Assembly: GCA_010909165.1 (NCBI GenBank)
Contig: MU008173.1
Span: forward strand, 620,001 to 684,000
Source: Anthoceros angustus
Taxonomy: Eukaryota > Plantae > Anthocerotophyta
DNA length: 64,000 nucleotides
Direction: 5' to 3'
A model generated the notes under the pieces. It worked only from the letters and a program-made list of their open reading frames with translations. It was not told the DNA's origin and did not search any database. Position numbers and translations under genes: made by a program. Below, one piece after another: positions 11,960-23,308 of this stretch (position 1 is the stretch's first letter; each line of letters begins with the position of its first letter).

Positions 11960-14505
11960 TTTTGGCGCTGTATGAGACCCGCTTTTCCGGACCTCGCCTA
12001 TTTCGGCGCATCCCGAGGCGCCTTCAAGATGATGTCCGCCTTGCCTATCGCGTATCTTTGGAGCGTCTCGCGCAAGATCCACATGACGAGGTTGCCTGGG
12101 CGTTGTTTCTTCTTCTTCCCATGTGGTGTTTTCGGCGCTCCCATGGCGGTTTCATTTTGCGTTTAATTAGTCGCAGCATTGCCATCGAACTTCGGGAACA
12201 ATTTCAAGGTCACCTCTGCCCACACCAATTCAGCATAGCTACTCCAGGAGGTTGCGAGTCCGTGGCTTTCGGTGTGAGGGCAATTTTGGAGTCCCATCCC
12301 AACTGGGTGGCATTGCAGGTGGACGTTGAAAATGCTTTTAACACGGTCTCCAGGGCGGCCATTTTCGATGAGCTCAAGGTGGCCAGTGAGCACCTTGCCA
12401 ACCCCATCCCTTTCGTCCGCTCTTTTTATGGGTCCCCTTCAGATCTCTACTATCAGCATCGGCCCGCTATCGAGAGCGTTTCGGTGTTGGCCTCAACAGT
12501 TGGCACCAGGAAAGGGGATTCATTGGGGGGTGCCCTATTTGCCATGGCTCATTACAAGGCTTTGTCCATAACTGCCTCCTCGTTTTGGGATTGTTTGTAT
12601 CCCTCGGTGGTGGACAACATCCATATCATGGGGCCTGGTGACCGGGTCAAGGGGGCTTTTGATTTATTCTCTTTGGAGCTCTCTCGCCTCGGGCTCAAGG
12701 TGAAGATTTCAAAATGCAGAGTATAGTCACCCTCCGGCGAGTTGCCCACTCTTCAGTATCCTCAAGGGGATATTGTTTCTGCATGGGGACTTCGAGTTTT
12801 AGGGGTCCCAGTGGGGCCCCTTATCTTCGTACAAGAATTCGTGGATGCGGCTTTGGAGAAGGTCCTGGCACATATCGACGATCTCTCCCAATTGGGGGAT
12901 CCTTAAATAGCATTCGGTATTCTATCTTCGTGTTTTGCGCGCCGGCCAGGCTACCTCCTCCGCACAGTTCCGCCCTTCCCGGGATTCTTGTTCAGCCTGA
13001 GGAGTTTTGACACAGCATGTTATCGGTGGCCGACATCATTGGCCTGTGCACCTTGAGTCTGGGTGGGACTTGGCAGAGACAAGTGTCCCTCCCTGTCGCT
13101 TTTGGGGGCACTGGTCTCTTGGCTACTAAGCCTCGGCCACCGCTTTCCTTGGGAGTTGGGCCCTCTCTACTCCCATCCTGGTCTCTCGCTTCATCAGTAG
13201 GGATTCTCGCATTCTGGAGTCCTTCATCGCGGGAGTGGAGGAAGGCGGTTTTCCACTGCAGGTGGCCCTCCGTTGGCTAGAGGTTCCCTACCCACAGATG
13301 CTAGGGCAGCATTACCTTCTTTTGCTTCGCTCATCAAGGCCGGATTCCGCGGCCTTCAAGTGTCCCTCTTGGAGAAGCAATATCGGCAGGCGCAGGTGGC
13401 CCTTCTTCGGGACTTGTCCATCCTCGAGGCTCGTGCCTGCCTCCGCTTGGCTAGAGGTTCCCTACCCACGGATGCTAGGCAGCATTACCTTCTTTGCTTG
13501 CTCATCAAGGCCGGATTCCGCGGCCTTCAAGTGTCCTCTTGGAGAAGCAATATCGGCGGTAAGTGGCCCTTCTTCGGGACTTGTCCATCCTCAGGGCGGC
13601 TCGTGCCCGTCTCCGCTCTTGCTCAGGTAAGGGAGGAGGCTCATGGCTTCTTGCGCGGCCTTCCATCTAGGCTTTCTGAATCGCACCAGCTTCTTTTTCT
13701 ACCGCGATGAGGTTTCGCCTGGGCCTCGTCCAGCCTTTGGCTTGCTCTCTCCAAGCTTCCAGCTATGGGGCACCCCTCGACGACTCGGGTACCCATCTTG
13801 CTCACTGTCCCATGGGCGAGCAGCGCATTGCTACACATGATGCTGTTCGCGACGTCATGTTTTCGTTGGGTAAGGAGGGAGGCTTCTTTCCTTACAGGGA
13901 GCGCCCTTATACTCTACCTGGTGGGGTTTCCCTCCGGGCGGACCTTTTGTAGGCCTAGGGGGACCAGGTTTCGGTTACAGATGTAGTTGTCACCGACCCT
14001 ACTTGGGATTCCGTCAGTGAGCATGTGATCCTCAACCCTCCGGGGTGGGCAGCGTAGGGATGTGCCACGATGAAGGTTCGTAAGTACTCTCCCATGCAAC
14101 AGGGGCACGCCTTCATCCCCCTCGCCATCGAGATCCATGGGGCTATGGGCAAGGCCTTTTCTAAGCTCCTTAAGACCTGTGCTAGGGAGTACCACAGCCA
14201 CAGGAACGGGGTTGGCCTCTCTCTTCCATGTATCATGGCTTTCTACAGACAACGGGTGTCCATCGCCCTGCAACGGGCATTGGCCAACGTGTATAGGACA
14301 ACGGCGAATGCAGGACAGGCGGTTTCTTTGGCACCGGTGGTGGGTAGGCCCTTTTGCATCCCCGATTTTGATATCCTTGGTGCAATAGATAGTTACAAGA
14401 CTAGCGACTACGAGGGTTAGTCCCCCCTAGTCTGGTGCCCTCATAAGGGTTGTTCCTCTTCTCGTGGGTAGATGGGTTTCCCATCTCTTTTTCATAATAA
14501 CGTCT
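11960..14505 (+). mobile_element. CRE-like non-LTR retrotransposon (RT, CCHC zinc finger, restriction-like endonuclease); degenerate
   Basis: RT motifs PHQFSIATPGGCE, LQVDVENAFNTVSR, GTRKGDSLGGALFA and VVDNIHI. C-terminus RFRLG...LDDSGTHLAHC...THDAVRD, then the RLE motifs RADL...DVVVT...K..KY...FIPLAIE. Multiple frameshifts and an internal deletion. Confidence 0.8.
13273..13620. repeat. About 174-bp tandem duplication inside the CRE-like element
   Basis: TTGGCTAGAGGTTCCCTACCCAC... starts at both 13273 and 13447. Confidence 0.9.
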
Positions 14506-16133
14506 CCATTTGCCGCGCAAAATGGCATCCTTTTGGTCGATGGAGTTTCTCCAGACTCTGGTAATTGTTTTTGGTTGCGTTGGCCGCTGAAGAAAATTGT
14601 AATCGTGCAGCTGAATCCGGATGTGAGCATGGAGCTGAAACTTCAACCCCAGCCGGGACAGTATTAAGACAAGAGCTTGAGCCAATGGCAACGCTAATGT
14701 GCGTCACTTCCGCTTCCAAGAGCATCTGCGAAAGCAACCTGGTGGTAGAAACGAGAGCTAGCTTGAAGGATACCTAGACTTGAGTCACCTGGGGCTGCAA
14801 AGCTGATGTGGTCCTAACTTGCTGGGGCCGTCTTGTGTGAAATGAAACAGTACTTGTCTGGGGCACGTCAGATCGAACTGTTGCAATCCATTTTCCCGGA
14901 TGACCAGATAACCTGGTTCACTTGGCAGAGCATACCGAGAGGCTCAAGGGCCATGTGGGTCTGTAAAGCGGGCACAAGGGTCAGAGAAGAGCATGTCATG
15001 GAGCACATGCGGGAGCGAGAAATCAGACCTGCTTCTCATGTGCAAGGTACGTAGCAAGATGTAGAAGCCGGTCCGAGTTGTGAAGGCCACATCAAGCCTG
15101 GCTCTCCTCTCCCACAGCTAGCGGAGTGGAGGTGGTTCTAACACGATCCATCCCCCGGTGCAGCAGACCGGGTTTTCCTGCGGCAGCTCAGAGTAAGCAC
15201 CTTCATTTCACACAGAAGATGAAAGTATGCAATCCATTTCCCCCATCGCCCTTCGTCGGAGGCCAGTGCGTACACCCTCGAATATGGCATCGAATATAGC
15301 ATCCCCGGACACCAGTCACCTGCATACCTAGTCTGTTGCAACAAGTGGCCAACAGCAGCTGGTACAAGTACCAACGTCCAACTGTCTCCAAAACTGAGAG
15401 GCTGTGCCATGCGCGCAGACGGCAGACTGAATGTTGCCCAGAGGTCTTATCTTTTATGTCGTCCATGGCAGGCATTAACATCCCGCAGAAAGTGCATCGG
15501 TCAGGCTGCGGGGTGATGGTATGCTGACAGGAGCCCCGAAGTGTGAGGAAGCGAACGTGCCGGCTTGACCGCCCGCCGTGCCGGGGCCGTAGCCTTGGTC
15601 TTGGTGTTTGTTCCTTACCAACGGTCGCACCGGCCGGTAGGCGCAGTGCCGTTTGCGATTCACGAATCACGATTCAGTCGGTCAGGCAGCAAAGCTTGCT
15701 TGTGACTGGTGGGTTGTCGGTGTCTTCCCTACAGCCTACAGGGGATGCTATGCTATGCGGCTGGATGCACATTGCATATTATATGTTCTTGTTATCGTAT
15801 CCAGGTCGGCCAGGTCCCACTTCCAGACTTCCAGTGCCCCAGCCCCAGCCAGTGCACGCCGCTCGTCCGTCACGAGGGCGTGATCTGTGAGCGCCTTGAA
15901 TGCGTTGCACCTGCACTTGCGCCCGGTACGCCCAGTACGCCCGGTGTCACGCCCAACCTCCTCCTGTCCCCGCGCTCACTCATTACGCTTCTGCTCCCCA
16001 CCCGTCCCCTCCTCTCCAGGCGTCCGCGTTCCCCTCGCCCAGCACCGAGACGCTGATTCTGGGTGCTGCGATTCTCTGGAGCAGCAGCATGTTGCTTCTC
16101 CCGGACCACTCTTAGCGCCCGGTTCTGCTTGCC

Positions 16134-16730
16134 ATGGCGCCTTCCCTGGCGGAGGAGCTCTACTCCGACCCGCTCACGGAGTACGCCAGGGTGGGATTCT
16201 GCCGTGAAGTTTGCGTTTGCTTGCCTCCTGCTTTGTGGGTCAGGGAGTGGCGTGGTGCTGACTCTTGCTGTCTCGGTTTCAGGTTCTTGTAGAGGCGAGG
16301 ACTCACGTTGCCAGCGCGGAGTATCAGTACGAGCAGCAGCAGCAGCAGCAGCAGCAGCGGCAGGAGAGGGCGGCCTGGCAGGATGGGGAAAGGGGCACGG
16401 GGCAAGTCTTGGGCTGCGCGGCTGCTTTCCTTCCTGAAGCGGGGAAGCAAGAAGAGGCAAGAGGGGGCCAAGGTGATCCCGGTGCAGGAGGCGAGCCGGG
16501 TGCGCGCCAGGACCAAGTCCGCGCCGCTGCCCATGCAGCAACGGGGCAAGCAGCGCGAGAGCTCCGGGCCGCTCTACACGGACGGCAGCCCGCTCACCCC
16601 TGTGCATCGCTGCAGTCGGCCCAGGTCCGGGCCGCTTACCTGCTACGCGGCTATGGACGCGGTGGAATCGCCTTACGTGCCTCTGCATCGCCAGCCCAAG
16701 ATGCATTCCGGGCCTGTTTATGTCTCTTGA
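16134..16730 (+). CDS. Small uncharacterised plant protein, 2 exons (16134-16190 plus 16283 or 16293 to 16730)
   Basis: ATG 16134 (MAPSLAEELYSDPLTEYAR), GT donor at 16191, pyrimidine-rich intron. The C-terminal frame reads KSW...SGPLY...RSGPL...SPYVPL...SGPVYVS*. The acceptor and reading frame are ambiguous. Confidence 0.6.
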
Positions 16731-17324
16731 TCTCGCTGGGCTGCGATTGTTGGGGAGCTTGGGAGCTCGCACTCCGGGACAACTTGAGGTCTTGGTAGGT
16801 AGCAGCAGTAGGTAGCTTGGGGTTGGGATTTTGCTGCCTCTCCTTTCCGGGTTTTGTCCTCTCCGGGGGAAACGGCTTGCAACTGTACTTGTATAGGCTC
16901 TGTTTGTCTCATGTCCGTTGCCCGCACTGGATACACATGTCCCACCCACAGTACGCAGGTGCGGTGTGATGAGGCTACATATCCAGTCCGTAGCATGTAA
17001 CAACAAAGCTGCGGCAGCTGAGTAAAGCACCTACACAGGAGAATTCTACAGCGGACAGAAGGAACTGAAGCTGGTGCTGTGTGATGAGGCTACATATCCA
17101 GTCCGTAGCATGTAACAACAAAGCTGCAGCAGCTGAGTAAAGAAGGTGACCTACACAGAAGAATTCTACAGCGGAGAGAAGGAACTGAAGCTGGGCACAC
17201 CCACTTGAAGAAAATCATCAATACCAATATTGGTTTCCGCAAAGTCTGGCAAATGCACATGACTTACAGTCGCATGAATGGCAGCAAGCAAACTTCATGG
17301 TCTGCAAGCCACGGGTTCACAGCT

Positions 17325-18710
17325 CTAAGGTATGGCATCTTTGTTTGGCTTGAGAGTGAGGAGCTGAACGTGAGGAAACCAAGCGCATCGAGGCTTCTCC
17401 ACAGGGCACCTGTCCAACCGATGCCATGAGCGTTCAATACAGTCGAACAGCACAAGTCTATTGCAACGGCCCCCTGCACCCAAGCAAAAGTAGATATTCT
17501 CTTCAGCATCCAGGATGGTGAAGCTTCCGGCCCGCAGGGGGAAGGAGTCTCTGTTTCTGCCCTGGTTTGGAAACTCTGCTAGCATGAACTCCACATACTC
17601 AGCCGGCATTTGCGACAGACAAAGCCATGTCGCCTTTTGGGTGCTGGAGTCATGTCCTACACACTCCCAGACTTCCACGAGAGTGATGCCCGTTACATCA
17701 GGAGACCTCGGTTCAGCTTGTAAGTCATCGGAATCGTCCGTCTCGTCTTCTTCGTCCATCTCGGTTTCTCCTTGGGTTGAGTCAGAGAGAAGGGCTATGA
17801 CAACTATCAAGATCCTATCGCCACATCCAACCAGCGTCACTTTCAAAGTATGTCGTGCTCTCTTGAGCACTCTCTTGGGTAGTCTGGCGATGGCAATCCA
17901 CTTCTCCACCCCAAGATCGAACCTCCAGATGCTGCAACTTCGAATACTCCAGGGCTCTACATGGCTACGCTGGAAGAGACAGTATAGTCTTCCTCCCGAG
18001 CAAGACCTCCTGATGCTCACAATGCCCTGCGACGGGTCTCCCAATTGAGGCCAAGCACTGCCCAGCGTCCAGAATCCCTGCCTGGAACGGAAAATGGCGA
18101 ACTGCTTCAAGTCCCTGAAAAAGACTAAGATGCTGTAGTCATTGGCCGCGTTGCTGTCGTCCTCAGACTGAACCATCTTCACCATATGTACACTGGCCAT
18201 GGGGCCTGAATCCCTTTCATAAGCTAAGACAGGTAACTTTTTTCTTCTTTCCGGGCAAACTGGGTTCAACACCAGAAGATGAACATGATGCTCCCTCCCT
18301 GCTCTCATGGGGCACAATTGAAAGCAACACGGGTAACATAGATAGAGAAGCCCGTTATTCCCTGCCTCCACAGAGCAACTGCGCCGTCCAGGAACATCTT
18401 CGTCAGTCCAGCTTATCAGTTTCTCTGCAGGGTACCATTCCCGGTGTAGAGGATTATGGATCTGTAATGTGTTCAACACACTGTCAGATCCCCCATACGC
18501 ATTCCTGTAAAGCTTGACAAAGCAGGTACCAGTCTTGATCAGCTTGTGCTGCGTACAAGCCTTGCGCCAATCCTTACACACTAGTTCTACGCGTAGAAGG
18601 CTGACATTGGACAAACGAGGTAGAATGTTTCTGTCGAAAATCTCCAACATCTTGGCAGGCAACTCTCCCCAGTTCCCCCCCTCCACCGCCATCCTCTTAG
18701 CCTCCACCAT
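17325..18710 (-). CDS. F-box protein with beta-propeller-like C-terminal region (copy 1, 461 aa, intronless)
   Basis: N-terminal F-box (WGELPAKMLEIF...LLRVELVCKDW), then GNNGLL...VLNP and GRLYCL...WRFDL..EKW. ATG placed at 18710 by comparison with copy 2. Confidence 0.88.
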   Translation of the reverse strand: MVEAKRMAVEGGNWGELPAKMLEIFDRNILPRLSNVSLLRVELVCKDWRKACTQHKLIKTGTCFVKLYRNAYGGSDSVLNTLQIHNPLHREWYPAEKLISWTDEDVPGRRSCSVEAGNNGLLYLCYPCCFQLCPMRAGREHHVHLLVLNPVCPERRKKLPVLAYERDSGPMASVHMVKMVQSEDDSNAANDYSILVFFRDLKQFAIFRSRQGFWTLGSAWPQLGDPSQGIVSIRRSCSGGRLYCLFQRSHVEPWSIRSCSIWRFDLGVEKWIAIARLPKRVLKRARHTLKVTLVGCGDRILIVVIALLSDSTQGETEMDEEDETDDSDDLQAEPRSPDVTGITLVEVWECVGHDSSTQKATWLCLSQMPAEYVEFMLAEFPNQGRNRDSFPLRAGSFTILDAEENIYFCLGAGGRCNRLVLFDCIERSWHRLDRCPVEKPRCAWFPHVQLLTLKPNKDAIP

Positions 18711-19750
18711 GCCGGTGCGCACTGCCAAGTCAGCCAGACGACATCAACCCTCGACTTCTTCCGCCTAAGACGTCCGTCTATGGTTTCCAGACTCGTCCCT
18801 CTTCCCTGGGAGAGCAGAGATCGGGCAGTGGAAGCGACAGGCAAAATACCCTTCCAGTAATGGACGCGTTGGCGTTCCACCACCTTCGGGGTGAGAAGAG
18901 AAGCCTGAGCGAATCGTGAGCCGGAAACTCCACGTATCCAGGCTTGTCCAACCATCGCCAGGGGCGCTTCATGGCAATCGAAACCGCTGGAAGAAGTGAG
19001 TCGATTGGACGCTAGGCTTCAGCATCTGTTGCGTGCCAGTCACTTCTGGAAAGCGGGAGGCAATTGGTAACAGCAGCCTTAAATTGGAGTGGCATCGGAT
19101 CCGAGAGGCACCGCCCGCCTGTCCAAGATGCATTCTGGGCCTGTAAACGTCTCTTGATCTCACTGTGCTACGATAGTTGGGGAGTTGTGGTGCTCGCACC
19201 CCGGGATAACGTGAGGTCTTGGTAGGTAGCTTTGGGTTGGGATTTTGCTGCCTCTCCTTTCCGGGTTTTGTCCTCGCCGGGGGAAACGGCTTGCAACTGT
19301 ACTTGTCGAAGGTTCTGTTTGTCTCTTGTCCATTGCCCGCACTGGATGCAGATGTCCTACCCACAGTACGCAGGTGCGGTGTGCGCAGGCTTCATAATCA
19401 GTCAGTAGGCTAATTAGCATATAACAACAAAACTGCAGCAGCTGAGTACAGGACCTACAGAGAGGATTTCCACAACGGAGAGAAGGAACTGAAGCTGGGC
19501 ACATCACCCACTAGGTCCTACGGGATAGACTTGTGCAGGGGAAAGGAGAAACTGAAGCTGGGCACACATCACTTAGGTCCTACAGGATGGAATTTTACAG
19601 GGGAGAGAAGAAATTGAAGCTGGGCACATCAAAACGCATCAAAATTAATATTGATTTGGAACCGCAGAGTCTGGCGGATGCACTTGATTTTACAGTCGCA
19701 TAACTGGCAGCAAGCAAACTTCATGGTCTGCAGGCCACAGATACAGAGCT

Positions 19751-21079
19751 CTATAGTAGGGCATTTCTGTTTGGCTTGAGAGTGAGAAGCTTTACATGTG
19801 GAAATGTAGAGCACAGAGGCATGTGCGCAGGGCACCTGTCCAACAAATGCCAGGACCGTTCGATACAATCAAACAACACTATTTTATTGTGACGGCCCGA
19901 TCGGTCCGCGCTAAAGTAGACACAGCCTTCAGCATCCAGAATGGTGAAAGCTTCGCTGGACAGAGACCTGAAGAATGTTTCTTCGCGCATCATCTTTGCA
20001 TACACAGCCGGCATTTGCGATAAACAATGCCATCTCGCCTGTTCGGGTGTGGAATTATGCCCTACCAACTCCCAAACTTCCACGAGACTGATACGCGGTC
20101 CAGCTTGTGAGTCATCCGAATCGTCCGGCTCGTCTTGTTGGCCTCTGGAGAGACGTGTTGGGTACCGGTGTTCGCTGGCTGTGACAACTATCAAGATCCT
20201 ATCGCCACATCCAACCAGCGTCACGTCTAAAGTCTGGCGTGCTCTCCTGAGCATTCTCGTGGGTAGGCTGGCGATGGCAATCCACTGCTCCTCTTCAACA
20301 TCGAATCTCCAGATGCTGCAACTATGAATTTCCCAGGGCATACTAGGATTACGTCCACCTTGGAAGAGACAGTATAATCTTCCTCCCGAGCAACACCTCC
20401 TGATGCTCACAATGCGCTGCGACGGGTTTGCCAATTGAGGCCAAGCATTGCACGTCGTCCAGGATCCCAGCCTAGAACGGAAAATGGCCAACCTCATATT
20501 CTGGGCCCCGATAAAGAGCAAAATGCTGTACTCTTGGGCCGCGTTGCTGTCGTCCTCGGACTGAACCATCTTCAATAGTTTGAGGGCTGAATCGATTTGT
20601 TCGAAGACAGGCAGAGTTCTTCTTCTTTGTGGCCACAGCGGGTTAAACACCAGAGTGCGATGCCGGTGCGCCCCGTTTGCCCTTCGCTGCCTACCTTTCC
20701 ACAGAACGAGAAGCCCGTTATTCCCTGCCTCCACACGAAGCCAAGAGCGCCATTTATTAAGATCATCATGCCAGCCTATCACATGGTCATGGTACCATTC
20801 CCGGCGTAGAGGATTGTGGATCTGTAATGTTGTCAACATAGAAACATGTCGTGATGTTGGTCTCTCAACGGCATTCATGTAAAGCTTGACCAAGCAAGTA
20901 CCAGTCTTTATCACCTTGCGCCGGCTACAAGCCTGGCGCCAATCCCTGCACACTAGTTCTGCCCGTAGAAGGCTGACATTGGACAGACGAGGTAGAATGT
21001 GTGTGTCGAAAATATCGAACATGGCGGAATTCAAATGTCCCCAGCTAATCCCCTCCACCAACATCCTCCCAGCCTCCAT
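19751..21079 (-). CDS. F-box protein (tandem paralogue, copy 2, 442 aa, intronless)
   Basis: Collinear with copy 1 (ILPRLSNVSLLR.ELVC.DW; CSGGRLYCLFQ; LVGCGDRILIVV). Confidence 0.88.
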   Translation of the reverse strand: MEAGRMLVEGISWGHLNSAMFDIFDTHILPRLSNVSLLRAELVCRDWRQACSRRKVIKTGTCLVKLYMNAVERPTSRHVSMLTTLQIHNPLRREWYHDHVIGWHDDLNKWRSWLRVEAGNNGLLVLWKGRQRRANGAHRHRTLVFNPLWPQRRRTLPVFEQIDSALKLLKMVQSEDDSNAAQEYSILLFIGAQNMRLAIFRSRLGSWTTCNAWPQLANPSQRIVSIRRCCSGGRLYCLFQGGRNPSMPWEIHSCSIWRFDVEEEQWIAIASLPTRMLRRARQTLDVTLVGCGDRILIVVTASEHRYPTRLSRGQQDEPDDSDDSQAGPRISLVEVWELVGHNSTPEQARWHCLSQMPAVYAKMMREETFFRSLSSEAFTILDAEGCVYFSADRSGRHNKIVLFDCIERSWHLLDRCPAHMPLCSTFPHVKLLTLKPNRNALL

Positions 21080-21964
21080 TATGCCGGTGCGCGCTGCTAA
21101 GCCAGCCAGACGACATCAACTTGAAACAAGACCTAGACTACTTCCGCGTAAGATGTTCATGTAGGCATGTACAATGTTACATACATCGTTTCCGGATTCG
21201 TCCCTCTCAAGGAGACCAGAGATCGGGCAGTGGAAACGACAGGCAAAATATCCCTTCCAGCCATGGATGCTTTGGCGTTCCACCTTCTTCGGGGTGAGAT
21301 TCCGATCATGTAACACTGGAGGCATTCAGCATGTATCTTCCACTCATCTGAGAAATATCATGCGCGCACGCCTTATGCCACTCGACTTCTGCTAGCCTGA
21401 GACCTAAAGTGGCACCAGGGAACAAAGACGCCTGATCGGGAACCGTGAGTCGGGAATTCCCCGTATCCGAGCTTGTCCAACCATCGCCAGGGGCAGTTCA
21501 TGACGATCGAAAGCGCGGGAACAAGTGTGCAGATTAGACGCAAGGCTTCGGCATCGGTCATCTGTTGCATGCCAGTCACTTCTGAAAAGCGGGAGACAAT
21601 GTGTAACAGCAGCCTTAATTTCGAGTGGCATCGGATCCGAGGGGCTACCTAGGCGGGAATAGGTCGATGCCGCTCAATTTTCGGAGGCAAGAGCTTCTTC
21701 CGCCCGCCTCCCGCCGGGGGCTCGAAAGTTGGATGTCGGAATTCTCTGTTTTCCCTCTTCTGGAGACAAGTAGCTTTGGAAAGTTGGACGCTCTGCCTTG
21801 TAGGGAGAAGATTAGCGCGGGACTGGCGGCGTGCCACTACGAAGAAGAGGGTCTTCTGGGAGCTGCGCAGCCAAGAATGGGAGTCCTAGTGCATATGGTT
21901 GACAGGGTTGAGGCTCTGGTTTTCATGTGAAGGGCGAAAGGCATCGGGTTTGCGCGTCGTCTGG

Positions 21965-22960
21965 ATGGCCACGCCTGGTGCGCTCTCCAGCGGCTCAAAG
22001 AGGACCACCACTGCGCGTCGGTCCAGGCCGCAGTCTTTGTTCTACAAGGACTTGGCGGCTACTCCCGTACCAGGGGCGGGGGGAGGGAAGCTTGGCTCAT
22101 CTCCTTCATGGAGGGAGCATTCGGGGGGTATCGACCACCTTCCGCCGCCTCCCTGTGCCACTCTGGAGGACGCACATATGGATGGCAGCCTCAGCGGAGG
22201 AGATTCTTTCGATCTCAGGAGCAGCTCCTTCTCGAGCATGGGGGGTGGCTCGTTCCACCGGCGTGATTCTCAACCCCGGGGGACTCCTCCCAGGCAAGAC
22301 AGTGGCAGCCGGAGGAGCTTTGGCTCTCCTTACTCTGGTGACCCGGTGCAGCAGGGGTTTCTGATGCACTCCCCGCTCAGGAGCCAGAAGCTGCAGTTTC
22401 AAAGTCCCGACAGGGGGAAAGGGAAGGAGGTGCTGGACCCGCATGTGGAAACCCCTGAGCAGCAGGATATGCAGATCTCCCCTGTCTCCTTCGTCAGGCC
22501 GGATTTGACTGCCAGGGATGAGCTTGAGGAGTGGGTGACCGTGTATGGCTTTGCTTCTGCCGACCGCCAGCTGGTTTTGCGGGAGTTCGAGAAATGTGGC
22601 CTTTTCCTGAACTACCTTCCGGGACCGGAGGGTTCCAATTTTGTGCACATTCAGTTTCAGAACAAACATGATGCTCAGAAGGCTCTGCAGAGGAACGGCA
22701 CGCAGCTCAGCAACTCTCTGCTGGTGGGGGTGAAGCTCGTGGACAGTGTCCACGTAGCAGCTCTGAGGCAGCTGTCTCAGCGCTACGAGTCTGTCCCCTC
22801 CCCTGCACAAACCCCTACGAGGGATGTTATTACTGCCTCAACACTTAGGCCATACTACCTGAATGGGGCGGAGGCTCAGGGTCCGCAGCCACTAAGGCCC
22901 ATCGCATCCCCTGTTCGTTCTGCGGTTTCCAGGTTGGTTGACCTGGTATTTGGGGTCTGA
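21965..22960 (+). CDS. NUP35: Nucleoporin NUP35/NUP53 (RRM)
   Basis: QSLFYKDLA N-terminus and the NUP35-type RRM EEWVTVYGF...LVLREFEKCG...HIQFQ...AQKAL..NG.QL...LLVGVK; C-terminus LVDLVFGV*. Confidence 0.92.
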   Translation: MATPGALSSGSKRTTTARRSRPQSLFYKDLAATPVPGAGGGKLGSSPSWREHSGGIDHLPPPPCATLEDAHMDGSLSGGDSFDLRSSSFSSMGGGSFHRRDSQPRGTPPRQDSGSRRSFGSPYSGDPVQQGFLMHSPLRSQKLQFQSPDRGKGKEVLDPHVETPEQQDMQISPVSFVRPDLTARDELEEWVTVYGFASADRQLVLREFEKCGLFLNYLPGPEGSNFVHIQFQNKHDAQKALQRNGTQLSNSLLVGVKLVDSVHVAALRQLSQRYESVPSPAQTPTRDVITASTLRPYYLNGAEAQGPQPLRPIASPVRSAVSRLVDLVFGV

Positions 22961-23308
22961 TGTCGCAGCCTGTACCTTCTGCGGCTTCGTAGCACTACTA
23001 GATCAGTACTAGAACCTGAACTCCCTTGTCCAGGCTAGGTAGAGGACTTGGATGTTGCGGGTGGAAGATGAATTATTCATCATTTCTTCACATTCTCATG
23101 TTTGTCAGGAGTGTCTGCTTGCTACAGAATGATTTAGGTGACATGGCTCTTGCCTTGATCTACAGAGACTGTGAATTTATCTAAAGTCTGCAACACCCTC
23201 TGTGATGTGCCTGTCGTCTATGATTACTGAAGCCACCAAAGACTGCGTCTGATTCCCTTTCCTGCACGGGTTTCATTGAGCACAGCTGGTTGTTCTTGGA
23301 ATGACTCA

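Noticed and set aside
14800-15560. Possible degenerate F-box or propeller-repeat gene remnant
   Set aside because: Only hints (ELLQSIF…VCK on +, repeated NGL..F on -) with stops in all frames; no family could be supported.
15870-17030. 386-aa minus-strand ORF
   Set aside because: Low-complexity Arg/Pro/Ala shadow of a GC-rich gene and UTR. The paralogous segment at 19170-19400 does not preserve it as one frame.
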